A DNA stretch of 46,341 bases from a virus (Duplodnaviria > Caudoviricetes), in the IMG/VR virus record IMGVR_UViG_3300020045_005441, positions 1 through 46,341 of that record; one strand, 5' to 3'. The position numbers and the translations under genes were made by a program. This document shows positions 36,747 to 45,725 of the stretch, piece by piece. The notes below the pieces were generated by a model, which saw nothing but the letters and a program-made list of their open reading frames with translations, was not told where the DNA came from and did no database searches. How positions within the stretch are numbered: position 1 is the first letter of the stretch; each line of letters starts with the position of its first letter.

Positions 36747-37022
36747 ATGAACGAAGACTTTGAAAAGTGACATCTTGATGAGTTTGGTGAAGAACCAAGG
36801 TATAGTGATTATAGGTGTCCAGTATATTCATACGATGGCCAGCACATAGAATTAGCTTATGAAGCAGGTAAAGAGACAAGTCAAGCCAAGCTGGATGAAA
36901 AGGATAAGATCATCCATAAGCAAGCCGAAGAGATTGATATCTTAAAAAAAGGTATGCGTACGATGTCATTATGGGGCAGGGATATTTATGACTATTATAG
37001 TTTTTATGTGGAGGAAAAATGA
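36747..37022 (+). pseudogene. Hypothetical gene with an in-frame TGA at codon 8 (MNEDFEK*HLDEF…)
   Basis: GAGGT RBS; frame otherwise open to an ATGA overlap with the cro-like gene; paralog has W at this position. Confidence 0.6.
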
Positions 37023-37213
37023 CAAAAAAAGAAGTGATAGAACATTTTGGGAGCAAAGCCGCTACAGCCAGGGCGTTGCGGATACATGAGAACAGCGTGC
37101 GAAGGTGGCCTTTGGTGCTTACGGACGCGATAGCTTACCGGGTTGAGTTGGCGACCAAGGGCGCGTTAAAATCTAATGAGACGCTTAGGGGTGAAAATGA
37201 CCAAGCAAGTTGA
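37019..37213 (+). CDS. cro: Cro-like HTH regulator
   Basis: MTKKEVIEHFGSKAATARALRIHENSVRRW...ELATKGALK. Confidence 0.82.
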   Translation: MTKKEVIEHFGSKAATARALRIHENSVRRWPLVLTDAIAYRVELATKGALKSNETLRGENDQAS

Positions 37214-37379
37214 AATTGATGAAATGAAAATCTACATATCGACCTTAAAAGACTGGGTTAGGACGCATGGCGAGCAAAACGACATTTGCACTTATCACAT
37301 TTTAAAAAATGAAATATGCAGCGGATGTAACTGCAAAAAAAAGCTAGGTGATAAAAATGTCAACTGGGGAAAGAAATGA
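37197..37379 (+). CDS. Small Cys-rich hypothetical protein
   Basis: ICTY...ICSGCNC; coupled ORF. Confidence 0.5.
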   Translation: MTKQVEIDEMKIYISTLKDWVRTHGEQNDICTYHILKNEICSGCNCKKKLGDKNVNWGKK

Positions 37380-37636
37380 AATGCCAATCATGCAATGATA
37401 AAGACAAAGAAATTTATACGCTTAATAACAGGATAAAAGCCATAATTGCAACCCAAAAAACACTTTTAATACAAAAGTTTCAAGACGGGTTGCATATTGG
37501 TTTAGAACAATCAAAACAAACTATTAAGGAGTTCGCGCAAGTTAAGGAAGACTATCTTAACGAAAATGAAAGGCTTACGAATTTGATTTTAAGCCTTGAG
37601 GGAAAAATAGAGGGCTTTAAAAATGAAGACAAATAA
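37376..37636 (+). CDS. Hypothetical coiled-coil protein with CxxC
   Basis: MKCQSC; ATGA overlap. Confidence 0.55.
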   Translation: MKCQSCNDKDKEIYTLNNRIKAIIATQKTLLIQKFQDGLHIGLEQSKQTIKEFAQVKEDYLNENERLTNLILSLEGKIEGFKNEDK

Positions 37637-37645
37637 AATAAGCTT

Positions 37646-38956
37646 ATGTTGAGCCTTGAGGATTTATCTTTTGAATTCACCGACGAGGAGCTAAACCCAT
37701 TTATTGAGGTTGTCCAGGACGACAAGCCACAAGCCCAGGAGTGGGTTTCCAACATCACCGAGGAAATAGATTACATGATACCGTTCCCGGGGTTGGCAAG
37801 GGACATCCAGCAATGGATAATTTCCACGAGCATAAAGGTACAACCTGCCCTTGCTTTTGCCGCGACATTGTCTGTGCTTTCCACAGCTTACGGTCGCAAC
37901 TACAACATGCAGGGGATAAAGGGTAACTTTATGAGCCTATGCTTGGCTGAATCCGGGGAGGGAAAGGACTGGCCTTTAAAGTCTTGCCAGCGGATATTGG
38001 AGGCAGTCGGTATGGGTCACCATGTTTATGGTGACATGGCATCCGGTGCGGCTTTGGTCGATGCGATCAACGAAACCCCGTCGGCATTGTTACAGATAGA
38101 CGAGGCGGGGCATTATTTCGCAAGCATAAACAGCAAGACATCCAACCAGTTTTCACGCGAGATCATGCCTATCATAACGAAATGTGCAACGTCCGGGAGC
38201 GATTATTACCTGGACAAGAAACGCAAGGGGCAGGATGCGAGGAAGATAACAGAGCCTAACTTGTCGGTATTTGGAATGAGTACCGAGCGGCAAATTATTG
38301 ACTCCCTAAAGTCAAGCGAAGTGTCGGATGGTTCTTTGGCTCGCTTTATGGTGATATTTGGTTTAAATGACGTTCCTATAACGCAAAACCGAGCAAGCAA
38401 TGCCACCGTGCCTGAAAGCATCAAACGCCGCTTAGAATTGATTAAGGGCGGTCAGTTTATGTTAAAGAGCAAGGAAGTGATACCGAGCAAGGAATATATC
38501 GAACGCAAGGAAGAATTGGAGCATTACTTTAACGGCCTTGCCATAGCGATTGGGCGGCAAACAGGCGACAAGGCATTGTTCAAGCCTTTTTACCATCGGC
38601 TTGCCGTGCGCTCCGTGTCAATGTCGTTATTGATAGACCAATGCCAGGATATGATGGTGCTGGAATGGTGCGCGCGTATCGTACAAAAGTCTTGTGAAGT
38701 TTTTATCAAGAAGTTTTGCCACCTTGCAGCTGACAATGAAAATGAGAAGTATGTCAAGGTCATTGAGCGTGCGATAAAGGAAGCCGGGAAACAAGGGATA
38801 ACGAAAGAGAAGTTTTACGACAAGACCCGATGCGTCGAATCAGGGCTTAAGAAGCGCGTGCTTGCAGACCTGTTTGACAGCAATAAGATATTCACCGAGG
38901 AAACCACGTCGGAACGTGCAAAGAAACCGACGACCACTTATTTTTGGAGGAAGTGA
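37646..38956 (+). CDS. Replication helicase-like P-loop protein (DUF3987-like) with C-terminal winged helix
   Basis: AESGEGKD Walker A, QIDEAG Walker B, PNLSVFGMST, DGSLARF. Confidence 0.75.
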   Translation: MLSLEDLSFEFTDEELNPFIEVVQDDKPQAQEWVSNITEEIDYMIPFPGLARDIQQWIISTSIKVQPALAFAATLSVLSTAYGRNYNMQGIKGNFMSLCLAESGEGKDWPLKSCQRILEAVGMGHHVYGDMASGAALVDAINETPSALLQIDEAGHYFASINSKTSNQFSREIMPIITKCATSGSDYYLDKKRKGQDARKITEPNLSVFGMSTERQIIDSLKSSEVSDGSLARFMVIFGLNDVPITQNRASNATVPESIKRRLELIKGGQFMLKSKEVIPSKEYIERKEELEHYFNGLAIAIGRQTGDKALFKPFYHRLAVRSVSMSLLIDQCQDMMVLEWCARIVQKSCEVFIKKFCHLAADNENEKYVKVIERAIKEAGKQGITKEKFYDKTRCVESGLKKRVLADLFDSNKIFTEETTSERAKKPTTTYFWRK

Positions 38957-39621
38957 TGAAAATTGTAACCATAGGCCATTGCACCCTAATCCACACTGAC
39001 TGCATGGATGTTATGCGCGAGATGCAGGATAAGGCGTTTGATTTGGCTATAACTGACCCTCCGTATGGGATAGGAATAAGCTCTAATCCTGTTAGGCAGA
39101 TGCATAGTAAAAAATCATGGGATTTTGAAATTCCACAAAATACTTATTTTGATTCATTAAAAAGAGTGTCTATTAACCAAATAATATGGGGAGGGAATTA
39201 TTTTTTGGATTATTTGGGTGCAACCCAATGTTTTATTATATGGGACAAAATTCAACCTCATGATTTTAGTTTGGCTATGTGTGAACTTGCATGGACGAGC
39301 ATACAAAGTCCGGCAAAGATGTGGAGGCGTTCTGTGTTAGCGGAAAAAGACAAGATTCACCCAACGCAGAAACCTTGTGATCTGTATTCTTGGCTACTAA
39401 CCAACTACGCCAAACCAGGGCAAACCATACTAGACACGCATCTAGGCTCTGGCAGTTCAGCGATTGCAGCCAATAAATTAGGATTTAGCTTTACCGGAAT
39501 TGAGCTGGACGAGGACTATTTTAACGCTGCATGTGAGCGCATAGAAAATGCTTACAAGCAAGTGAGCCTCTTCGACGTTGAGCCGGACAAGGCGGAAATA
39601 AAGCAAGAATCATTATTGTAA
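38956..39621 (+). CDS. DNA N6-adenine/N4-cytosine methyltransferase (beta class)
   Basis: DLAITDPPYG, HPTQKP, LDTHLGSGSS. Confidence 0.92.
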   Translation: MKIVTIGHCTLIHTDCMDVMREMQDKAFDLAITDPPYGIGISSNPVRQMHSKKSWDFEIPQNTYFDSLKRVSINQIIWGGNYFLDYLGATQCFIIWDKIQPHDFSLAMCELAWTSIQSPAKMWRRSVLAEKDKIHPTQKPCDLYSWLLTNYAKPGQTILDTHLGSGSSAIAANKLGFSFTGIELDEDYFNAACERIENAYKQVSLFDVEPDKAEIKQESLL

Positions 39622-39634
39622 CTGGAGGAAGTGA

Positions 39635-39826
39635 ATGAAACCAAAAACCGACAGAAAGGAATACATGCGCCTATACGAGATCGCCAGGAAGGAGAAGCAA
39701 AAGGAATATTACCGTGGATACGTAAGGCCAAGCTTGAGGGATGACGTGCAAATAATGGCATGCAACCCTAACGCTAGGTTGGCGCGTAGGTTTTATTCGA
39801 TATTAGACTCAGTACTTAAGCAATAA
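39635..39826 (+). CDS. Hypothetical basic protein
   Basis: GGAGG RBS, 63 aa. Confidence 0.55.
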   Translation: MKPKTDRKEYMRLYEIARKEKQKEYYRGYVRPSLRDDVQIMACNPNARLARRFYSILDSVLKQ

Positions 39827-39839
39827 TTAAGTACTGGAA

Positions 39840-39868
39840 TTGTAAAAATATAAATAAGTTGCTATAAT
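39840..39868 (+). promoter_or_regulatory. Sigma70 promoter TTGTAA-17-(TG)TATAAT upstream of rha
   Basis: Read directly; preceded by an inverted repeat at 39810-39836. Confidence 0.7.
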
Positions 39869-39994
39869 CCACGCAATCTTTATAAATTGCGTGTCGCAAA
39901 CGTTACATTTATAAGGTTAAAACCTTAGCCCGTGTTATTTGAGTGTTGCGACCACTCAGGTTTCACGGGTTTTTTTATGCCTGGAGAAAACAAA

Positions 39995-40575
39995 ATGTTA
40001 CAAATTTATTCTACACAGCCAAACCTTACCGTTATCAACGGCGAAATTAAGACCACTAGCCTTATCGTTGCAGACATTTTGGGAAACGTCATGACAATGT
40101 TTTAAGGGACATTGAAAAACTGGAATGTTCGGATAAATTTCGACTCCTCAATTTTGGGGAGTCCTCTTACCTTGCAGGAAACGGAAAGTCCGAAAGGTGT
40201 TACGAGATAACCAAGAACTGGTTCATGTTTTTGGCTCTTGGATTTACCGGAAAGAAGGCGGCTGAAATAAGGGAGGCATATATTGAGGAGTTTGAAAGGA
40301 TGTCGATTGAGATAGGTTCAATGGTGGCAATTAAGCCACATATAAACAAGCTTACGGCTAATAATGTAAGGTGGTCTGAGTGCTTAAGTTCAATAAAATC
40401 AGCAGGTTATAATGGTTTAACAAAAGACGAGCTATTTGAAAAGACAAGAGGCTTAAGCTCTGCACAAAGGGATTATGAAATACAGTATTTATTGGACAAG
40501 GGCAGGATATATAAAAAACAAAACAAGTTTTTTCTGGTGGAATTAGCTTTTAAAGAAAGTCCATATATGGACTAA
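39995..40575 (+). pseudogene. rha: Rha-family regulator split by a -1 frameshift at 40081-40087 (pseudogene or recoded)
   Basis: TTSLIVADI / GKRHDNVLRDIEKLECS...FMFLALGFTGKKAA across two frames. Confidence 0.8.
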
Positions 40576-40602
40576 GCCAGATTTGATGCTGGCTTTTTTT
40601 TT
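40574..40602 (+). terminator. Rho-independent terminator
   Basis: AAGCCAG-loop-CTGGCTTTTTTTTT. Confidence 0.75.
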
Positions 40603-40604
40603 GC

Positions 40605-41000
40605 CTATTAAACCGATTAAACCGTATTAACCAGAAGGTCAAATATTCGGGTTAATAATGCTGTAAATGAGAATCATTCGCACAGTAAGTTGTTGTATAT
40701 TATATATAATAAAAAAAAATATTATACATATATATATTAAACCGTTAAATAGTAAGCTACTAAGCATTAAATTACCAAATATACAACAAATGCTTATTTA
40801 TCAATAATATACATTTTTACTAATTTATTGCCTATCCCTATTTATACCTATAGAGAGCAAAAAAACCTTCGGGTTAACGGGTATTCATTTTTTTATTGTT
40901 TAAAATCAATATGTTGATTGTCCAAATATAGCCATTAACCCGTATTTCTGGTTAATAACGGGTTACTGTTTATCGGATATTCGCGGATTGTATTCTGTTT
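40605..41000. other. Putative replication origin: AT-rich with TTAA(A/C)CCG-type repeats
   Basis: Non-coding, very AT-rich, about nine copies of the motif in both orientations. Confidence 0.55.
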
Positions 41001-41044
41001 TATTTCGTGTTAATATTTAGCTTTAAACTAACTTGTAAAAATTA

Positions 41045-41365
41045 ATGAACAATACAAAAAAGCAGTTAAAACAATTGTTTATAAAAAACTTTTCATCAGA
41101 TTATGGGTATGTTGAAAGCGAGTTGCTTTACCAGATAAACACCATATTGTTTGAAATAAAGAAGGCAAAAAAGCTTTCAAAAGTGGAGTTTTATGACAAA
41201 ACAAGGTGGCTAAAGAAAGAAAGTAGGAAAGCATTTGTTAATTACCTTGTAGAACAGGAAGGGCTAAAGGTTAAGAAGGAGCGTGGGCCTAGGCGAGACC
41301 CAATAACAAAGGAACTTAAAATTCCTGCGTATTCAAGAAGGCCAACAACGTTTTACTATTTATAA
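41045..41365 (+). CDS. Stand-alone winged-helix-like protein paralogous to the helicase C-terminus
   Basis: KVEFYDKTRW...RRPTTFYY vs KEKFYDKTRC...KKPTTTYF. Confidence 0.7.
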   Translation: MNNTKKQLKQLFIKNFSSDYGYVESELLYQINTILFEIKKAKKLSKVEFYDKTRWLKKESRKAFVNYLVEQEGLKVKKERGPRRDPITKELKIPAYSRRPTTFYYL

Positions 41366-41407
41366 ATTTGTGGTAATATTTGCATCAAACCATTCCTCGG
41401 TGGTTTT

Positions 41408-41453
41408 AAAAGCCCTTCGGTAACGTCCAATGATGTACCAAGGGCTTTTTTTT
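41408..41453 (+). terminator. Long hairpin terminator
   Basis: AAAAGCCCTT...AAGGGCTTTTTTTT. Confidence 0.65.
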
Positions 41454-41546
41454 GCCTATTGATTGGAGGATTACAAGATGCTACATTGGCCTGGGTTGCA
41501 ATTGCAGCCAATTAACTTATGGTCGTTACCTAACGTGGGAAAAATA

Positions 41547-41726
41547 ATGGAAAACTGGGAACAGGACGCAGAAGCGTTCTATATGATGTCTGAAAAGGCC
41601 AACAAGAGGGGCACAGAAGCGCAGGAAGAAGCGTTTTGCGAAAAGGTGTCGATTTATATGGCTGACATGGGATTGCAGCTTAAACAGGCTAGGATTAGGG
41701 CATTTGTGGAAGTGATGAAAATGTGA
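41547..41726 (+). CDS. Hypothetical protein (start uncertain)
   Basis: MENWEQDAEAF...EAFCEKVSI...ARIRAF. Confidence 0.5.
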   Translation: MENWEQDAEAFYMMSEKANKRGTEAQEEAFCEKVSIYMADMGLQLKQARIRAFVEVMKM

Positions 41727-41755
41727 TTGCTGTATAAAATAATTAAATAAATTAA

Positions 41756-41783
41756 TTGACAAATTAATTAATGCGTGTATACT
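41756..41783 (+). promoter_or_regulatory. Sigma70 promoter TTGACA-16-TATACT
   Basis: Read directly, with an AT-rich upstream segment. Confidence 0.7.
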
Positions 41784-41826
41784 TGTATCCAACGTAACAA
41801 GTTAACAACTAACCGAGGATAACAAA

Positions 41827-41988
41827 ATGAAAAAATTACAAAAAAAACCAGCAGTAAACGAAATCATGAGCATAAACCAAATTGCACTAGGATTTATAAG
41901 CCCAAAAAGAGGAAGAAAAGAGGCTTTTAAAAAAGCAAAAGAGGCAAAAAAATTCAGCTATCCTGGTTTTGATAAATTGTTTAATTAA
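41827..41988 (+). CDS. 53-aa Lys-rich hypothetical protein
   Basis: ACCGAGGA RBS just downstream of the promoter. Confidence 0.55.
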   Translation: MKKLQKKPAVNEIMSINQIALGFISPKRGRKEAFKKAKEAKKFSYPGFDKLFN

Positions 41989-42148
41989 TATAGGACAACT
42001 TCAAAATGAAACTGATAAACAAACTGATCGACGCACTGGCTAGGCTGTTCACGTTGATAAACAGCGACGTTACACCAAGCTATGCAAACCCTGACAGGTA
42101 CAACACAGAAATAGATAATTGATTTTTAACATTAATCGAGGAAATTAT

Positions 42149-42364
42149 ATGATAGATAATGAAAAGGTTTTAGTGCATGTAATACTTGTTAACTCAAAAA
42201 AAGATGATGTGATATATAAATATATGACGCATTTCCCTCCGTCAAAAGGTCAAGTAATAAGAATAGATGACCAATCTTTCTACAAAATAACTAATATTGT
42301 ATGGTGCTTAGATGAGCCTGATATGCCTTACGCACGTATTAATATTGGTGTTGTAAAGTGTTAA
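42149..42364 (+). CDS. Hypothetical protein
   Basis: GAGGA RBS before MIDNEK. Confidence 0.55.
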   Translation: MIDNEKVLVHVILVNSKKDDVIYKYMTHFPPSKGQVIRIDDQSFYKITNIVWCLDEPDMPYARINIGVVKC

Positions 42365-42597
42365 TAAAACAATTTTTTAATATTCACCGAGGAATGAAAA
42401 TGGACATGATACAAATAATTAACGACCCAAAAATAATCACTGGCCTTGCAGCATACATGTTGACGATGACATGGTGTGCGGTGCAGTTTTTTAGGGGTTG
42501 ACAGATTGACCGTTATGTGAATTTGATATATAGTTGTCTTTAAGACAACATATATCAAATATGGCTAATGTCACAAACTGAGATATTTTGAGACAAC

Positions 42598-42906
42598 ATG
42601 GCAGACAAATACGGAAATAAGACAGGCGGCGGAAATAGAGCAGGCGTACCAAACAAGGTAACGGCTGAGCTAAAGGATATGATACGCGGTGCGCTTGATG
42701 ACGCAGGAGGAAGGGCTTATCTTGCACAACAGGCACAAGAAAACTCCACCGCGTTCATGAACCTGATCGGCAAGATAATACCAAAGGATGTAAACGCAAC
42801 CATATCAGGTGGCATAACGCACAAGCACGAAGCGATAGTGTCAATTGAAGAATTGAAAGAAATGCTTAAGGAACGCAACCTTCCAACAAAGATATTTGAT
42901 GAGTAA
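42598..42906 (+). CDS. terS: Terminase small subunit (putative)
   Basis: KTGGG.RAGVPNKVTAELKDMI; immediately upstream of TerL. Confidence 0.75.
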   Translation: MADKYGNKTGGGNRAGVPNKVTAELKDMIRGALDDAGGRAYLAQQAQENSTAFMNLIGKIIPKDVNATISGGITHKHEAIVSIEELKEMLKERNLPTKIFDE

Positions 42907-44365
42907 GTATCAAGTACAGGACGTTGAACTGCTAAACCAGCTGGCAATATTGGAAGCCAGGGAATCATTTTGGGCTTACCGGCAATTCATAAACCCAAGG
43001 ATGAAAAAAGGGTGGTGGCAACGTGAAATAGCTTACCACCTACAATCGTTCTATAACGACTTGGTTGAAGGGAAAAAGCCAAAACTGGTTATAGAAGCAC
43101 CGCCACAGCACGGGAAATCAGAACAAATAATAGATTTCATCTCGTGGCTTTCCGGCAAAAACCCATCAATAAAGACAATCTATACCTCATTCTCCGAACG
43201 CCTAGGCATTAGGGCAAACTTAAGGCTGCAACGCATTTATGACGGGAAGACCTACAAATCCATATTCCCGGAAACGCTAATAAACAATGCTGAAATTGCA
43301 AAAACATCCGGTTCTTTCTTACGTAATAGAGAGCTGCTTGAGTATGTAGGGCAGGAAGGTTTTTTTAGGAATACCACAGTAGGCGGGTCTATCACTGGAG
43401 AAGGGCTAGACCTTGGCATAGTTGACGACCCAATAAAGGGCAGGGAAGAAGCAGGCAGTATTACGGTGCGGAACAAAAAGTGGGACTGGTTCACGGATGA
43501 TTTTTTTACCCGTTTTAGTGAAGATGCAGGGCTGCTTTGCATACTTACAAGATGGCATATAGACGACCCAATTGGCAGGCTTAAGGCGATAATGCCAGAA
43601 GTAAAGACGGTTAGCTATCCTGCCATAGCGGTACGCAAGGAAAAAAACAGGGTTGAAGGAGAGGCATTGTTCCCGGAACATAAGAGCCTGGAGTTTATAC
43701 TTGAACGTAAGTCCGCTATGGCAACAGCAAACTTTGAATCACTGTACCAGCAAAACCCGATACTTATCGGTGGCAATATCATCAAGGGCGAATACTTTAG
43801 GATGTATTCAATCCTTCCAAAGCTCTTATACCGAAACATATACGCAGATACCGCACAAAAAACAAAAGAATCGAACGACTATACCGTGTTTGAATGCTGG
43901 GGAAAGGGCGAGGACGGCAATATTTACCTTGTTGACCTATGGCGCGGCAAGTGGGACAGCGTAGATCTTGAGCGCAATGCCATTTTGTTTTGGAACAAGC
44001 ATAACGTTTTTGATGCAAAAAACCCTGACTTTAATCACCAAACGTTAGGCAAATTACGCGCATTTAAGGTTGAGGACAAGGTATCCGGCACTGGATTGAT
44101 ACAGGCATTGAGCAAGAAATCACAAATACCAGTTGTTGCAATACAGCGTAATGTGGATAAATATACTAGGATATGTGATAATCTAGGTTACATTGAAAGC
44201 GGTTACGTGCATTTACCACAAAATGCAGGATTTACCCAGGCATTTATAGCAGAATGTGAGGAATTTAGCGCGGATGACAGCCATTCTTTTGACGACCAGG
44301 TGGACCCATTGATGGATGCGATAGAAGACATGTTGACAATTACCAAAAAATCATTTTATGACTAG
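42896..44365 (+). CDS. terL: Terminase large subunit
   Basis: PPQHGKS, IVDDPIK, TRWHIDD, ADTA, VEDKVSG and DDQVD motifs. Confidence 0.95.
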   Translation: MMSKYQVQDVELLNQLAILEARESFWAYRQFINPRMKKGWWQREIAYHLQSFYNDLVEGKKPKLVIEAPPQHGKSEQIIDFISWLSGKNPSIKTIYTSFSERLGIRANLRLQRIYDGKTYKSIFPETLINNAEIAKTSGSFLRNRELLEYVGQEGFFRNTTVGGSITGEGLDLGIVDDPIKGREEAGSITVRNKKWDWFTDDFFTRFSEDAGLLCILTRWHIDDPIGRLKAIMPEVKTVSYPAIAVRKEKNRVEGEALFPEHKSLEFILERKSAMATANFESLYQQNPILIGGNIIKGEYFRMYSILPKLLYRNIYADTAQKTKESNDYTVFECWGKGEDGNIYLVDLWRGKWDSVDLERNAILFWNKHNVFDAKNPDFNHQTLGKLRAFKVEDKVSGTGLIQALSKKSQIPVVAIQRNVDKYTRICDNLGYIESGYVHLPQNAGFTQAFIAECEEFSADDSHSFDDQVDPLMDAIEDMLTITKKSFYD

Positions 44366-45725
44366 CCTATACGCCGTTGACGGCCTTGAAAACGTAGTCG
44401 CTGGGCTTGGGACAGAACGCGACAAGCGGAGCTATTCAGGATACGGGCAAATAACCCCGCTGTCATGGATGGAGCTTGACAATATGTATCGTGGCTCGTG
44501 GCTGGCAAAACGTATCGTCAATTCCGTTGCTGATGACATGACGCGGGAATGGATAGATGTCAGCATCGAGGGAGAGGATGATTTTGATTTTGACGACATA
44601 GAAAAGCCTTGGGGATTGCGCGACAAAGTAAACAAGGCGATCAAATGGGCGCGGCTTTATGGCGGAGCTGCAATAATTGTCGGTACAAAGTCAAGCGAAC
44701 TGCACAAGCCATTAGAAATAAGCAAGCTTAAGAAAGGCGACCTTAGTTACCTGCATGTAATGGATAGGCACATGCTTACATGGTCTGGAGACGTTGACAC
44801 GGACATAGAGTCTCCAAACTTTAACTACCCAACAACATACATCCACGCAACTAGCCAAAAAACGATACATTGGACTCGTGTCATACGGTTTGAAGGCCAA
44901 ATGCTACCGGAACAAGCTTGGGTAACGAACCAACGTTGGGGCGATAGCGAATTACAGCACGTCATTGACAGCATAACATCGTACGACAGCACAAGGGACA
45001 TTATCCATTCAATGCTGTACGAGGCCAACGTAGACGTTCTCAAGGCCGTTGGTATGGGTGAGCTTATGGCTACTAAGGACGGCGAAAAAAAGATAATAAA
45101 ACGATTCCAGACCGCCGCGCTGATGAAATCAATCAACCGGGTATTCCTTCTTGATGATTCAGAAACTTACGAAAAGAAATCAAACAACTTCACTAACCTT
45201 TCGGAAATCTGGGGACGGTTTATCGACGATGTTTGTGGTTCGGCGGAAATACCAAAGGCAAGGCTTTTTGGTGACAGTCCAGGAGGCTTGAACTCAACCG
45301 GGAAAGGTGAGCTTATCAATTATTACGACATGGTGAGCAACAAGCAAGAATCCACTATCTATAGGCAAGTAGAGACGTTGGCAACACTTTTGATAACCAA
45401 CGATTCAGGCAACTTCCCAGAAGAAGTTGGCATTGATTTCCGTCCTTTATGGCAAATATCAGAAACCGAAAAGACCGCAAATTCAAAAGTAAGGGCGGAA
45501 ACTGACAATATCTATTTGCAGGCTGGCGTGGTTACACCTGCTGAAATAGCGCAATCGCTACTTAACGAAAATACCTACCCTGCAATGACCCCTGAATCAA
45601 TACAGCTGCTTGAAGAGCTGGAGCAGCCACCAAACCAAGACCCGCAAGACCCGATGCAAACAACCCAACAACCAGCCGAAGGCGTGCAGCCTGAAAGCGG
45701 AAACCGTGAGGATACACAACAATGA
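44358..45725 (+). CDS. Portal protein (DUF1073/HI1409 type)
   Basis: Follows TerL; YRGSWLAKRIV, ARLYGGA, IPKARLFGDSPGGLNSTG, FRPLWQ. Confidence 0.88.
   Translation: MTSLYAVDGLENVVAGLGTERDKRSYSGYGQITPLSWMELDNMYRGSWLAKRIVNSVADDMTREWIDVSIEGEDDFDFDDIEKPWGLRDKVNKAIKWARLYGGAAIIVGTKSSELHKPLEISKLKKGDLSYLHVMDRHMLTWSGDVDTDIESPNFNYPTTYIHATSQKTIHWTRVIRFEGQMLPEQAWVTNQRWGDSELQHVIDSITSYDSTRDIIHSMLYEANVDVLKAVGMGELMATKDGEKKIIKRFQTAALMKSINRVFLLDDSETYEKKSNNFTNLSEIWGRFIDDVCGSAEIPKARLFGDSPGGLNSTGKGELINYYDMVSNKQESTIYRQVETLATLLITNDSGNFPEEVGIDFRPLWQISETEKTANSKVRAETDNIYLQAGVVTPAEIAQSLLNENTYPAMTPESIQLLEELEQPPNQDPQDPMQTTQQPAEGVQPESGNREDTQQ

Noticed and set aside
36768-36770. TGA-to-Trp genetic code reassignment
   Set aside because: TGA is used as a normal stop (many ATGA overlaps) throughout the genome; this is a single case.
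44358-45725. DUF1073 protein as an anti-CBASS Acb1 enzyme
   Set aside because: Size, motifs and position after TerL indicate a portal; no HxT phosphoesterase domain is evident.
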